Below are positions 49,214 through 59,087 of a stretch of 64,000 nucleotides of DNA, piece by piece (the first letter of the stretch is position 1; every line of letters starts with the position of its first letter). Below the pieces are notes generated by a model. That model was not told where the DNA came from, ran no database searches, and saw only the letters and a program-made list of their open reading frames with translations. Both the position numbers and the translations under genes were made by a program. Source of the stretch: an uncultured Pseudomonadota bacterium (lineage in GTDB: Bacteria > Oederibacteriota > Muellerivitia > Muellerivitales > Muellerivitaceae); NCBI GenBank assembly GCA_963836235.1, contig CAWIIP010000002.1, positions 1,504,001-1,568,000 of the forward strand. The letters are read 5' to 3'.

Positions 49214-51196
49214 ATGAAGTTACGTATTTTAGGAATTTTTTCGCTTCTGGTTGGAATCACTTTTTTAACCATCGGTTGCCCTTCCAAGAGCAGCAGCCCT
49301 TCCGCCCCCGCGGCGCCGACAGCCACCAATACCTTTACCGCCACCTACACCGTCTGTACCGATGGTTCCGGCCACACTTGCACCCCGACTTTTTCCGCAA
49401 CGCCAAGCAATACGGCCACGGTGACTCCCACCAGCACCCCCAGCGATACCGCCACCACAACCGATACCTACACAATTACCAACACGCCCACCAATAGCGC
49501 CACTTCCACCAATTCCGCGACTCCTACCAACAGCCTCACCAGTACCGCCACTTTCACGATCACGAACACGCCGACCATCACCCCCACCTTCACGATCACG
49601 GAAACACCGACGAACAGCGGGACTCCCACCCAGACTGGCACGCCGACGAACACGTTCCCTTCAACCCCCACCGGCACGCCTACCAATACATTCCAATTCA
49701 CTCCCAGCAGCACGCCGACGAACAGTCCCACCGCGACCAAGACCGCGACTCCGGTCTTTACTTCCACACCGACGCCCGCGCCCTACATTATCAAGGGCAC
49801 GGTCCAGTACACCGGAGGCAACAGCCCGACAGGGAAAAATCTCGTGGTTTACGCGACGACAAACATCAGCAACGGCAATGGTGTCAATTGGTCGGTGCCC
49901 GCACAAACCGGTGCTGTTTCCTACACCCTCAATCTTCCCTCGACGGGTTCTTACATCGTTCTAGCCTTCTGGACGGCGGATAGTACCCTCAATAATGGCT
50001 CGCCATCGGTGGGCGATCCCTACACGGAATACACCACAGGCGGAACCGCTGTCTGCTTGGGTGGAAGCCCCACGACCATTACCATCAGCGCGCCCGTGAC
50101 GGACACCGCCAACATCAGTTTTGGCAACAGCTGTGAGCTGGAGGGTGTTTCGGGTCCCGTCACTTACACCGGCGTGGGCGCGGTCAACGGCAACACTAAT
50201 TTGTCTGTCCAAGGTTACGCGGACTCGAATTACTTAACACCAGTCGCTTACGGGACAGGGGTTTCAGTAAATGGCGGCACCTACAGCCTGCTTGATACGA
50301 ACAACGCTTCTTCGGTTTACATTCAGGCCTGGTTAAACAGCAATAGCTGTAACGGCAACTGTGGCAATGGTCCTGTAACCGGTGATCCGGTAACGAACTT
50401 GGGCTCGTTTTCGCCCTTCAACTCGAACACTACCAACCATGCCATCACCCTTTCCGACGCCAACCTCTATGGCACCACGAGCAGCTTGTCGGGTACCGTT
50501 AATTGGACGGGAAGCGGCTCGGTCAACTCAACCAATCCCATCGTCATCACGGCTTATGTGAATAACGGGAGCAACACCCAAAATTACGCCAGTTGCGTCG
50601 TGACCACCAACGGCGGCACTTACTTTATGGGAGTGACGACGGGTAATTATTACGTCACCGAGCAATATGTGACCGATCCTACGGCTTACGCGGCGGGGGG
50701 GGGGGGTGGGAATAATATTGTGGGCAGTTATGGGCAAAATTCCGACGGAACATGTATAGGTAGTGGTTCAGGACCCAATGGGTTTGGCGCCGCCATCGCC
50801 GTTAGTGGAGCCGCCGTGTCTAACCTGAGTTTCAGCGGTTCCTGCGGCCAATTTTATGGTTATCTCGGCACCGTGACTTATACAGGTTCCAAAGGCACCC
50901 CCAACTGCAATGGCAGCGGTTACGGCAACAGTATGTACATCGTGCCTGTTAACGGTACCGCCGAAAGCTCATTTTCAACGGGTAATTCCCAAAATGTCTG
51001 CAATAACGGCCAAACTTTCGCCACGGAAACGGGAACGACGAGCCAAAGCTATTACCTGAGAGTTTGGTTCGACTCAAATAGCGTGGGTTGCTGCACACCC
51101 GCGGCCGGCGAGCCTTGGACGGTAGTCGGTCCTTATGCTAATAGCACGAATCCATCTTCCATCAACATTACCTTTGATGATTCCAGTACTTGGTAA
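49214..51196 (+). CDS. Thr/Pro-rich surface lipoprotein with repeated beta-sandwich-like domains
   Basis: Lipobox TIGC, about 150 aa of TPT/TNT repeats, then about four G(T/P)VxYTG-initiated G/S/N/T-rich units with paired Cys. Confidence 0.8.
   Translation: MKLRILGIFSLLVGITFLTIGCPSKSSSPSAPAAPTATNTFTATYTVCTDGSGHTCTPTFSATPSNTATVTPTSTPSDTATTTDTYTITNTPTNSATSTNSATPTNSLTSTATFTITNTPTITPTFTITETPTNSGTPTQTGTPTNTFPSTPTGTPTNTFQFTPSSTPTNSPTATKTATPVFTSTPTPAPYIIKGTVQYTGGNSPTGKNLVVYATTNISNGNGVNWSVPAQTGAVSYTLNLPSTGSYIVLAFWTADSTLNNGSPSVGDPYTEYTTGGTAVCLGGSPTTITISAPVTDTANISFGNSCELEGVSGPVTYTGVGAVNGNTNLSVQGYADSNYLTPVAYGTGVSVNGGTYSLLDTNNASSVYIQAWLNSNSCNGNCGNGPVTGDPVTNLGSFSPFNSNTTNHAITLSDANLYGTTSSLSGTVNWTGSGSVNSTNPIVITAYVNNGSNTQNYASCVVTTNGGTYFMGVTTGNYYVTEQYVTDPTAYAAGGGGGNNIVGSYGQNSDGTCIGSGSGPNGFGAAIAVSGAAVSNLSFSGSCGQFYGYLGTVTYTGSKGTPNCNGSGYGNSMYIVPVNGTAESSFSTGNSQNVCNNGQTFATETGTTSQSYYLRVWFDSNSVGCCTPAAGEPWTVVGPYANSTNPSSINITFDDSSTW
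50695..50706 (+). repeat. G12 homopolymer inside the surface lipoprotein gene
   Basis: Twelve consecutive G in cggc-gggggggggggg-tggg, encoding part of AAGGGGG. Confidence 0.9.
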
Positions 51197-51254
51197 AAGG
51201 TTGAATAAGGTTCCGATTTTCTTTTTCTCAAGCTTTAGAAGTTTGAAGACTTAA

Positions 51255-51283
51255 AGCTCAGGCCAAGAGGCCTGGGCTTTTTT
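51255..51283 (+). terminator. Rho-independent terminator
   Basis: agctcaggcc-aaga-ggcctgggct followed by a T run. Confidence 0.8.
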
Positions 51284-51321
51284 CTGAAACGTGAAGCCGA
51301 AATAATTTTTTAAGGAGTGGA

Positions 51322-52137
51322 ATGATGAAAAGGATTTTGAGTTTCGCTGGAGCTTTTCTCATCCTATCGGGAGTCTCCACTGTTAGGGCGCAAAGTTCAT
51401 CCACGACACCCTCTTCGACTACCAAGCACCACAAAAAGAAGAAGAAAGCCTCGGCCCAAGCCACGGCCACCGTCCAGATGACCGTCTCACCCACGGTGAG
51501 CCCTGCCACGACACAAGCCGTTGCCGCCAAGCCTACCGCGACTCCCACGGCCATGCCGACAGCCGTTCCTGAACCCACCACCATGGGAGCCATTAACAGT
51601 TCCAAGATTTACGACCATGTCAATATGCCGGGGGACTTCCGTCGTACCTTGTCCTATGCCGTCAAGACCTTGAATAGGGCTTCCTTAAAGCACAGTCACA
51701 CGGTTTTCCTGGATATGGAGAAGGTTTCCTCGAACAGGGATGACAAGGAAAGAAAGAAAGCCTACGCCCGGTTTGAAGTGAACGAACTGGAATTCGGCGG
51801 TCCCCGTAACCCCTGGATTCTACTGGCCGGAACGGTTTTCGAGCAAAGCGGAGACGATTGCAAAGTAGACGGCGCCATAGAGGTTGCGGTTGATTTCAAG
51901 GATATCAAGATCGACTACCAGGGGAGCAAACTGGGAGAGATCCAAAAAGGGAGCGATATCGCGGCCCAAGTATATGAAATCCTCGATAGCCATTCGTCTT
52001 ACCAGATGGTATTGCAAGCCAATGACCAGGTGAAGGATTCGAAGTACATGGACGATACGCCGGCCTATACGGCCAAGGCGAGGGATGGGTACGCGATAGT
52101 GGATTTCCTGAACAGCTCCCATGAAGCAACCCGATAA
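51322..52137 (+). CDS. Secreted hypothetical protein, copy 1
   Basis: Signal peptide, KHHKKKKK basic patch, T/P/A linker and an ~180-aa globular domain. Confidence 0.8.
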   Translation: MMKRILSFAGAFLILSGVSTVRAQSSSTTPSSTTKHHKKKKKASAQATATVQMTVSPTVSPATTQAVAAKPTATPTAMPTAVPEPTTMGAINSSKIYDHVNMPGDFRRTLSYAVKTLNRASLKHSHTVFLDMEKVSSNRDDKERKKAYARFEVNELEFGGPRNPWILLAGTVFEQSGDDCKVDGAIEVAVDFKDIKIDYQGSKLGEIQKGSDIAAQVYEILDSHSSYQMVLQANDQVKDSKYMDDTPAYTAKARDGYAIVDFLNSSHEATR

Positions 52138-52219
52138 CCCATACCTTGGAGGAGCCATTTATGAGCGAGATTAAGATGAAACCTTTCGGATGCTTCCTTC
52201 TGCTTCTTCTGGCTCTCCC
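51367..52219 (+). repeat. Direct repeat copy 1 (~853 bp)
   Basis: Appears identical by eye to 53398-54283 except for a 33-bp in-frame insertion in copy 2. Confidence 0.92.
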
Positions 52220-53249
52220 GAGTCTTTCCTGGGCGATCCCGCCCAATTTCGCCCCTCTATTAAATAATCCGCCCGAACCCGTGAATATAGAAGCGGAAGG
52301 GATGGGGGACGCGGTGGTTGCTGACGGCACTCTTTTCAATGGCGCCGCCTTCAACCCCGCCCTTCTTGCCAACGCGCCTTATTCAGGAGAATTTGGCTTG
52401 GCCTTTGACGCCTCCAGCGGTGTTACCGGAATTAGCAATTACCTATCGAGTGGGGCCAACGATCTTTCCCCCATGACCCTGAATTTCGGGGGAGGCTTTA
52501 ATCTGGCCCTCAAGTTCGATGACCACTGGGGCTTCCAGGTCTACAACAACAGCCACGCTCTTTTTCAAATCAAGCTCCCCGGAACCGTGGAAACCATCAC
52601 CGGGCCCGACTATCTCGATACGGTGGCACTGGCCACCTACAGTTTCAATCCCCTGGAGGAAGAAACACCCCTGACGGTCGGTGTCAATTTAAAGATTGTC
52701 GACCACCGTATCGGCACGATCAATAGTTCCGGCAACCCTGGTAATCTCGCCAACTTAAACACCGAGTTCCACCCCGCTAGCGTGCGTTGGGGACTGGATT
52801 GGGGACTGCTTTACGAACTCCCAGAAGCCCATGCCGCCCTGGGCCTTTCGATGCTGGACTTTTTTCATTCCGCGGGTACCCTCGACAGCACCGCGGGAGA
52901 CCCGCTTTACGGCGTCAATCTCGACCCGGCTCCCGTCCTGGTGAAGTTGGGTGCGTCCTGGCATCCGATCGATTTCTTCGTCCTGAACGCCGACCTGGAC
53001 GATCTCTTTTCCGACACCGCTTATTATTCCCCGAGCCAGGGTTTGGGGTCCCACGTGAAGTTGGGCGCGTCCCTCAATTTGTTAGGTATCTTTCGATTAC
53101 GGGGTGGTCTTTCCAATAACAATTTAAGCGCGGGAATCGGGATTCCGTTCCTAGGTTTGGACTGCGCCTACGCGGTTGATGACTTAAACGCGGTGGATAA
53201 CACTAGCCCGGTTTATAGTTACTTCATTGGGTTTAAAGTCGAAAAGTGA
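52161..53249 (+). CDS. TraF-like outer-membrane beta-barrel protein, short paralog
   Basis: Signal peptide, AEGMG...FNPALLA N-terminal motif of the FadL/TraF/PorV-like superfamily, and alternating beta-strand patterns. Confidence 0.6.
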   Translation: MSEIKMKPFGCFLLLLLALPSLSWAIPPNFAPLLNNPPEPVNIEAEGMGDAVVADGTLFNGAAFNPALLANAPYSGEFGLAFDASSGVTGISNYLSSGANDLSPMTLNFGGGFNLALKFDDHWGFQVYNNSHALFQIKLPGTVETITGPDYLDTVALATYSFNPLEEETPLTVGVNLKIVDHRIGTINSSGNPGNLANLNTEFHPASVRWGLDWGLLYELPEAHAALGLSMLDFFHSAGTLDSTAGDPLYGVNLDPAPVLVKLGASWHPIDFFVLNADLDDLFSDTAYYSPSQGLGSHVKLGASLNLLGIFRLRGGLSNNNLSAGIGIPFLGLDCAYAVDDLNAVDNTSPVYSYFIGFKVEK

Positions 53250-53355
53250 CCCTCTCCGTGGTTGTGGCAGGGCATGAAATAGTTTTCATGACTCAGTGAT
53301 GCTTTTGATGGAATTGGTTTAAAGGGTTGTTAAAAAAGTTAAGGAGTTGGTTTTT

Positions 53356-54201
53356 ATGAAAAAGACAATTAATTTTTGGGTGTTGTTGTTCATCTTGTCG
53401 GGAGTCTCCACTGTTAGGGCGCAAAGTTCATCCACGACGCCTTCGGTGAACAGCCCCTCCGCGTCCACGACACCCTCTTCGACTACCAAGCACCACAAAA
53501 AGAAGAAGAAAGCCTCGGCCCAAGCCACGGCCACCGTCCAGATGACCGTCTCACCCACGGTGAGCCCTGCCACGACACAAGCCGTTGCCGCCAAGCCTAC
53601 CGCGACTCCCACGGCCATGCCGACAGCCGTTCCTGAACCCACCACCATGGGAGCCATTAACAGTTCCAAGATTTACGACCATGTCAATATGCCGGGGGAC
53701 TTCCGTCGTACCTTGTCCTATGCCGTCAAGACCTTGAATAGGGCTTCCTTAAAGCACAGTCACACGGTTTTCCTGGATATGGAGAAGGTTTCCTCGAACA
53801 GGGATGACAAGGAAAGAAAGAAAGCCTACGCCCGGTTTGAAGTGAACGAACTGGAATTCGGCGGTCCCCGTAACCCCTGGATTCTACTGGCCGGAACGGT
53901 TTTCGAGCAAAGCGGAGACGATTGCAAAGTAGACGGCGCCATAGAGGTTGCGGTTGATTTCAAGGATATCAAGATCGACTACCAGGGGAGCAAACTGGGA
54001 GAGATCCAAAAAGGGAGCGATATCGCGGCCCAAGTATATGAAATCCTCGATAGCCATTCGTCTTACCAGATGGTATTGCAAGCCAATGACCAGGTGAAGG
54101 ATTCGAAGTACATGGACGATACGCCGGCCTATACGGCCAAGGCGAGGGATGGGTACGCGATAGTGGATTTCCTGAACAGCTCCCATGAAGCAACCCGATA
54201 A
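53356..54201 (+). CDS. Secreted hypothetical protein, copy 2
   Basis: Same mature sequence as 51322-52137 plus an 11-aa insert, with a different signal-peptide N-region. Confidence 0.8.
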   Translation: MKKTINFWVLLFILSGVSTVRAQSSSTTPSVNSPSASTTPSSTTKHHKKKKKASAQATATVQMTVSPTVSPATTQAVAAKPTATPTAMPTAVPEPTTMGAINSSKIYDHVNMPGDFRRTLSYAVKTLNRASLKHSHTVFLDMEKVSSNRDDKERKKAYARFEVNELEFGGPRNPWILLAGTVFEQSGDDCKVDGAIEVAVDFKDIKIDYQGSKLGEIQKGSDIAAQVYEILDSHSSYQMVLQANDQVKDSKYMDDTPAYTAKARDGYAIVDFLNSSHEATR

Positions 54202-54283
54202 CCCATACCTTGGAGGAGCCATTTATGAGCGAGATTAAGATGAAACCTTTCGGATGCTTCCTTCTGCTTCTTCTGGCTCTCCC
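53398..54283 (+). repeat. Direct repeat copy 2 (~886 bp)
   Basis: Matches 51367-52219. The 33-bp insertion is flanked by the short direct repeat tccacgac. Confidence 0.92.
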
Positions 54284-55766
54284 CAGCTTCTCTTGGGCCT
54301 TTGGTTTAGGCAATTTGGGGACCCAATTTAACATTCCCCCGGCCCAGTTCAACGTCACGGCGGAAGGGATGGGGGAAACGGGAGCCGCCGATGGGAGCCT
54401 TTACAATAGTACCGCGTTGAACCCAGCCCTTTTGGCTAATTGGCCGCATTTCGGGGAAATTACCTTTTTAGGGCTCAGCATCTCCAACGATATTTTCACG
54501 ATGACGAATTACGCGTCAAACTCCAACAACATTAATAACCTTCAAAACGCCTTCCAGAATCTGGCGCCTTCAATGCAAAACATCAATCAGGGCCTGCAAC
54601 AGCTTGGGACCGGTTCAGCCGCCGTGACTGCGGCCGCCGTGTCACAGATCAACCAAGGCCTTTCCGGGGTCCAAAACGCCGTTTCCAACCTTCAAACCGC
54701 GGCCGCTACCCTGACGAACAAGAACGTCCAATTAGGGGCGGCCTTTAACATCGCCATGAAATTCGACGACCATTGGGGTTTCCAGGTTTATAACAGCAGT
54801 CATGGAGTCCTTCAAGTCACCCAGGAAGGCGCCCTCACGGCCCTTGAGAATATGGCGGCCTTGCCTACCGTAAACGGGTCCAGTCCACAGTCGATCTATT
54901 CTGCCGCCAGCACATTTTTGAGTGGGGTGGTGACGGTTTTCCAACAACTGCTACCCTCCCAAGCCGTTTCGTTGCAAGCCGCAGTTACGACTTTGGAAGC
55001 CAATCAAACTTCGGGGGGCGTCAGCCAATTCGCGAACACCGTCTCAAGTATCGTGTCGAGCGTCAACCAAACCACTTTCCAACAGGCGCTTCTGAACAAC
55101 ATCGCCGAGGTGACCGGGCTGGTCTATGTCGACACGGTGGCTATGGCCACCTATAGTTTCAATCCCTTAGAGGAAGAAACACCCTTGACTGTCGGCGCTA
55201 ATTTCAAGATCGTCAACCGACGTATCGGTTATGTCAACACCACTTGGCTGAGCCAGCAAAACCTCAACGACTTTTCCACCATCACGAACCAAATGAAAAA
55301 CGACATCGACCAGAGCACTTTCCGGTGGGGGCTTGACCTGGGGATGCTTTATGAATTCGAGGAACTGGGGCTTGCGGTGGGCGCATCGGCCCAAGACCTT
55401 CTACATTCGTCGGCGACTATCAATACCCAGCCCGGCGACCCGCTTTACGGCATTATCACGGACCCTGCCCCCACCGTGATCACGCTCGGCGCTTCCTGGT
55501 GCCCTCTCAATAAGCTTGTTTTGAATATGGACATCGACGACCTGTTTTCCAACACTTCCATTTATGAAGGCCTGGATATCACCTCCCATGTCAAATTAGG
55601 TGCCGCCTATAGCCTATTAGGTTTCCTGCAGATGCGAGGAGGCCTTTCCAATAGCAACCTAAGTGTTGGATTTGGAGTTCCTTTCCTGGGAATGGATTAT
55701 GCCTACGCGGTGGACGATTTGACCCAAAGTTACAACCACTATCTCAGTTTTAAAGCGGACTTTTGA
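54225..55766 (+). CDS. TraF-like outer-membrane beta-barrel protein, long paralog
   Basis: Shares AEGMG, NPALLAN, KFDDHWGFQVYN, ATYSFNPLEEETPLTVG, RWGLD and YAVDDL with the short paralog. It has Q/N/A/S-rich helical inserts and a terminal Phe. Confidence 0.62.
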   Translation: MSEIKMKPFGCFLLLLLALPSFSWAFGLGNLGTQFNIPPAQFNVTAEGMGETGAADGSLYNSTALNPALLANWPHFGEITFLGLSISNDIFTMTNYASNSNNINNLQNAFQNLAPSMQNINQGLQQLGTGSAAVTAAAVSQINQGLSGVQNAVSNLQTAAATLTNKNVQLGAAFNIAMKFDDHWGFQVYNSSHGVLQVTQEGALTALENMAALPTVNGSSPQSIYSAASTFLSGVVTVFQQLLPSQAVSLQAAVTTLEANQTSGGVSQFANTVSSIVSSVNQTTFQQALLNNIAEVTGLVYVDTVAMATYSFNPLEEETPLTVGANFKIVNRRIGYVNTTWLSQQNLNDFSTITNQMKNDIDQSTFRWGLDLGMLYEFEELGLAVGASAQDLLHSSATINTQPGDPLYGIITDPAPTVITLGASWCPLNKLVLNMDIDDLFSNTSIYEGLDITSHVKLGAAYSLLGFLQMRGGLSNSNLSVGFGVPFLGMDYAYAVDDLTQSYNHYLSFKADF

Positions 55767-55999
55767 CCAGTAAAAATCCATAAGATTTAAAAGCTTCGAC
55801 AGGTTTATAAACTTGGGACATTTCACTGTTTGGAAAGTTCCTTGAAAAGCCTCCTTTTTCTGAATAAACTACGTCCCCTCCAAGAATTTGGTTTATCCAT
55901 TAAACCCTTGGACGGTTTACCCATCAGAGCTTTACTCTGAGGGTCAAACACCAAGCCAGTTGTAAAATCAGGCCCTAGGCCTGATAGTTCGTTGACCTT

Positions 56000-56076
56000 G
56001 GACGTTTAGCTCAGTTGGTTAGAGCGTCGCGTTCACATCGCGAAGGTCACTGGTTCAAGTCCAGTAACGTCCACCA
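56000..56076 (+). tRNA. tRNA-Val (CAC)
   Basis: GGACGTT/AACGTCC acceptor stem, D arm AGCTCAGTTGGTTAGAGC, anticodon arm TCGCG-TTCACAT-CGCGA, T loop GGTTCAAGTCC, encoded CCA. Confidence 0.96.
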
Positions 56077-56082
56077 TCCCGA

Positions 56083-56114
56083 CCCCACCTTTTATAAAAA
56101 GGTGGGGCTTTTTA
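56083..56114 (+). terminator. Rho-independent terminator after the tRNA
   Basis: ccccaccttt...aaaggtgggg stem followed by a T run. Confidence 0.8.
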
Positions 56115-56184
56115 CTTAAAAAGCGCTTTCCTCAGTCGGGATCCTCACGGATTTTCAAGTTTAAGTTTCTGTTATAATGCCCGC

Positions 56185-56874
56185 ATGTGCTCGCGCTACG
56201 TCCTTAAAAGCCCACCGAAAGCCATCGCCGACCTCTTCAAGTTGGAAAAAACCGCCGATTGGAAACCGCGTTATAACATTGCTCCGTCCCAAAAGATCCC
56301 AACCGTGGTTAAAACCCTGGAGGATAAAAAACGGGAAATGAAGCTTTTGCAATGGGGGTTCCTGGCTTCCTGGAGCCAGGGTGGGCGCCTTTTGGTCAAC
56401 GTGCAAAGTGAGAACATCCGGGAGAAGACGATCTTGGAAGAATCTTTCGAGAAGTGGCGCTGCCTGATTCCCGTGGACGGTTTTTACGAATGGCGCCACC
56501 AAGCCAAGGAAACCCATCCCTACTTCATCCAAATGAAAGACAAAAAGCCTTTCGCCCTGGCCGGCCTTTGGTGCCCCCAAAAATTGGAAGAAAAGACGCT
56601 GGAGGTTTGCGCCATCTTGACCACCACGCCCAATGACGTGGTGAGAGTCGTGCATGACCGGATGCCCGTCATCATCAACCCCAAAAATTATGATCTGTGG
56701 CTGAATTCAGACGATGTGAGGGATTTCCGTGAGATCGAAAAACTATTCAGGCCCTATCCTTCCGAGGAAATGGAAGCCCACCAAGTGGGGGCCTGGGTGA
56801 ACAACGTTACCCATGATGACGAGAAGTGCATCGAGCCTTCCACCGAACCCGAGACGCTTTCTTTTGAATTTTAA
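56185..56874 (+). CDS. SOS response-associated peptidase (SRAP/YedK/HMCES) abasic-site protection protein
   Basis: N-terminal MCSRY (Cys2), PRYNIAPSQ, RCLIPVDGFYEW, HDRMPVI. Confidence 0.93.
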   Translation: MCSRYVLKSPPKAIADLFKLEKTADWKPRYNIAPSQKIPTVVKTLEDKKREMKLLQWGFLASWSQGGRLLVNVQSENIREKTILEESFEKWRCLIPVDGFYEWRHQAKETHPYFIQMKDKKPFALAGLWCPQKLEEKTLEVCAILTTTPNDVVRVVHDRMPVIINPKNYDLWLNSDDVRDFREIEKLFRPYPSEEMEAHQVGAWVNNVTHDDEKCIEPSTEPETLSFEF

Positions 56875-57341
56875 CGGTTCTTCCCGCCGCGAAAAACCGC
56901 CGAACTATCAGGGGTTTCCCAAAGGGCTACTTCCACCAGACGGACCTTTTCCTTTTTCAGGGGCTGTTCCAACAATTTCCAAATAACAATCGACATGTTC
57001 TCGGCGGTTGGCTGCAGTTTGGGATCCGACTTAAAAGGTTCAACTTCCTTGTTAATGAACCGGTGATCGAAGCGGGAGAAAATTTCCCGGTGTAATATTT
57101 CTTTCAGTAACCGGAAATCAATGACGAAGCCCGTTTCATCCTTGATCGGCCCTTGAACCCGCACCGCTAACCGGTAGGAATGGCCGTGGGGATAATGAAC
57201 GGCCTTAGTGTCATCCTTACGGTAGCCCGCGCATTTGCGGAATACTTCCATATTTTTCGAGCGGTCCCATCGGGGGTTGTGCAGGTAATGGGCCGCCTCA
57301 AATGTCATTTCTTTGGTAATTTCAGCCATCGGTTTTTTCAT
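56871..57341 (-). CDS. queD: 6-carboxytetrahydropterin synthase / PTPS family
   Basis: FEAAHYL, C...HGHSY, GFVIDF, FDH..IN, PTAEN, WETP. Confidence 0.88.
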   Translation of the reverse strand: MKKPMAEITKEMTFEAAHYLHNPRWDRSKNMEVFRKCAGYRKDDTKAVHYPHGHSYRLAVRVQGPIKDETGFVIDFRLLKEILHREIFSRFDHRFINKEVEPFKSDPKLQPTAENMSIVIWKLLEQPLKKEKVRLVEVALWETPDSSAVFRGGKNR

Positions 57342-58981
57342 AGTTCTTCCTTAAATTTTTGGGCGATGGGCACCCGGCGGCCCATGCCGAAGGCCTTGGT
57401 GGTCACCTTAAGACCCGGGGCCATTTGACGCCGTTTATATTCGTTCTGGTTGATCTTGCCTAAAATTTCCCGGACCAGTTTGGGTTCGAAACCCGCTTTC
57501 TGTATTTTGGATGGCGGCTGGTTTTCCTCCACATATAAACGCAAAATAGCGTCCAGGGCCTCATAGGGCGGAAGGGAATCCTGGTCCGTCTGGTTGGGCC
57601 TTAATTCCGCCGAGGGGGCTTTCGTGAAGGTGGCTTCCGGGATGAACCGATTCTTCCGGTTGGCGTAGCGGGCCAACTCATAGACCATCCCTTTAGGAAC
57701 GTCGGAAATGACCGCCAACCCCCCGCACATGTCGCCATAGAGGGTGCAATAGCCCACGGCGATCTCGCTTTTATTGCCGGTAGACAGCACCAGCCGGTTA
57801 AATTTGTTGGAAAGGGCCATGAGCAGTAAACCCCGCAAGCGGGCCTGAAGATTTTCTTCCGTCGTGTCCTTGGGATTATCCTTGAAAATGGGTTGAAGTG
57901 TCTTAAGGGCTTCCTCGAAAAGCGGGGTGATGGGGATTTCCTTGAACTCGATACCCAAAGCATCGCTTAGTTGGCGGGAATCGCCAATGGAACCCGAGGA
58001 GGAAAAGGGAGAGGGCATGGTGACTCCCATGACGTTGTCTGGTCCCAAGGCTTCCGCCGCCAGGCAAGCCACCAAGGCCGAATCGATCCCCCCGGACAAA
58101 CCGATGAGTACCTTCTCAAAACCACATTTGCGGACGTAGTCTCGGGTGCCGGTGACCAGGGCCTGGTAAATCTTGGCGATCTCGGCTTCCGGGGAAGGGA
58201 TAGGCTTCACCGAGGGGTTTTCGGTGTCGTAAACAAAAAAATCCTCTTCGAAGCTTTTGCCCAATTGAAAAAGGTTGCCACCCGCGTCCATGACCATACT
58301 GCATCCATCAAATATTAGCTCGTCGTTGCCGCCCACCAGGTTGCAATAGAGGATGGGTGAATGGGTCTTGCGGGTGACGTCCTTTAAGAGGCTTTGACGG
58401 ACCGAGAGCTTGGCGTAATGAAAGGGGGATGCGGAGAGGTTTAGGACCAGGTCGGGTTTAGCCTTGGCCAATTCTTCCACCGGGTCCTTGGTATAAAGCC
58501 GATGGGTGAAGACCCCTTCCACATTCCAGATATCCTCGCAAATCGTAACAGCGATCTTGAGTCCTTTATATTGGAAAGGAGGCTCCGGTTTTGGCGCAGG
58601 CGTGAAATAGCGGGCCTCATCGAAAACATCGTAGTTGGGGAGTAAGACTTTGCGATAGACATGAAGGATGGCGCCGTCCGCGACGGCTACAGCGGCATTA
58701 AAGAGAGGGTTTCCCCCTTCTCGGTTTTCCAGAACGGTGCCTACAACCGCTAAGATGCCCTTGGATTCCTGGGCCACCCTTTCCAGGCTTTTACGGGAGC
58801 GTTCGAAAAAGGAGAAGCGGTCTAAAAGATCGCGAGGAGGGTAACCCGTAAGCGTTAATTCGGGGAAAAGAGCGATGTCGCAACCAGATTCTTTAGCCCG
58901 TTTCAAGTTTTCAAGCACCTTGGCGACATTCCCGTCGAAATCCCCAACGGTCGTATTGATCTGGCAAAGAGCGATTTTCAT
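57338..58981 (-). CDS. nadE: Glutamine-dependent NAD+ synthetase
   Basis: Nitrilase domain (FPEL, YRKVLLPNYDVFDE, TICEDIW) plus synthetase domain (GLSGGIDS, ENLQAR, TGNKSE, PSAELR). Confidence 0.96.
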   Translation of the reverse strand: MKIALCQINTTVGDFDGNVAKVLENLKRAKESGCDIALFPELTLTGYPPRDLLDRFSFFERSRKSLERVAQESKGILAVVGTVLENREGGNPLFNAAVAVADGAILHVYRKVLLPNYDVFDEARYFTPAPKPEPPFQYKGLKIAVTICEDIWNVEGVFTHRLYTKDPVEELAKAKPDLVLNLSASPFHYAKLSVRQSLLKDVTRKTHSPILYCNLVGGNDELIFDGCSMVMDAGGNLFQLGKSFEEDFFVYDTENPSVKPIPSPEAEIAKIYQALVTGTRDYVRKCGFEKVLIGLSGGIDSALVACLAAEALGPDNVMGVTMPSPFSSSGSIGDSRQLSDALGIEFKEIPITPLFEEALKTLQPIFKDNPKDTTEENLQARLRGLLLMALSNKFNRLVLSTGNKSEIAVGYCTLYGDMCGGLAVISDVPKGMVYELARYANRKNRFIPEATFTKAPSAELRPNQTDQDSLPPYEALDAILRLYVEENQPPSKIQKAGFEPKLVREILGKINQNEYKRRQMAPGLKVTTKAFGMGRRVPIAQKFKEEL

Positions 58982-59087
58982 GGAACCCCGGTAACCGGCT
59001 TGAAGTTATAGACTAGCCAGTTTGTGTTAAATTGAGGGGCTTAGTGTAAGGTGAACAGGTTGTTAAGTCAAAAAGAGGAGTGGCCGC

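Noticed and set aside
52161-55766. Conjugative element or integrated island at tRNA-Val
   Set aside because: No relaxase, T4SS ATPase or integrase is present, and I saw no duplicated tRNA 3' end.
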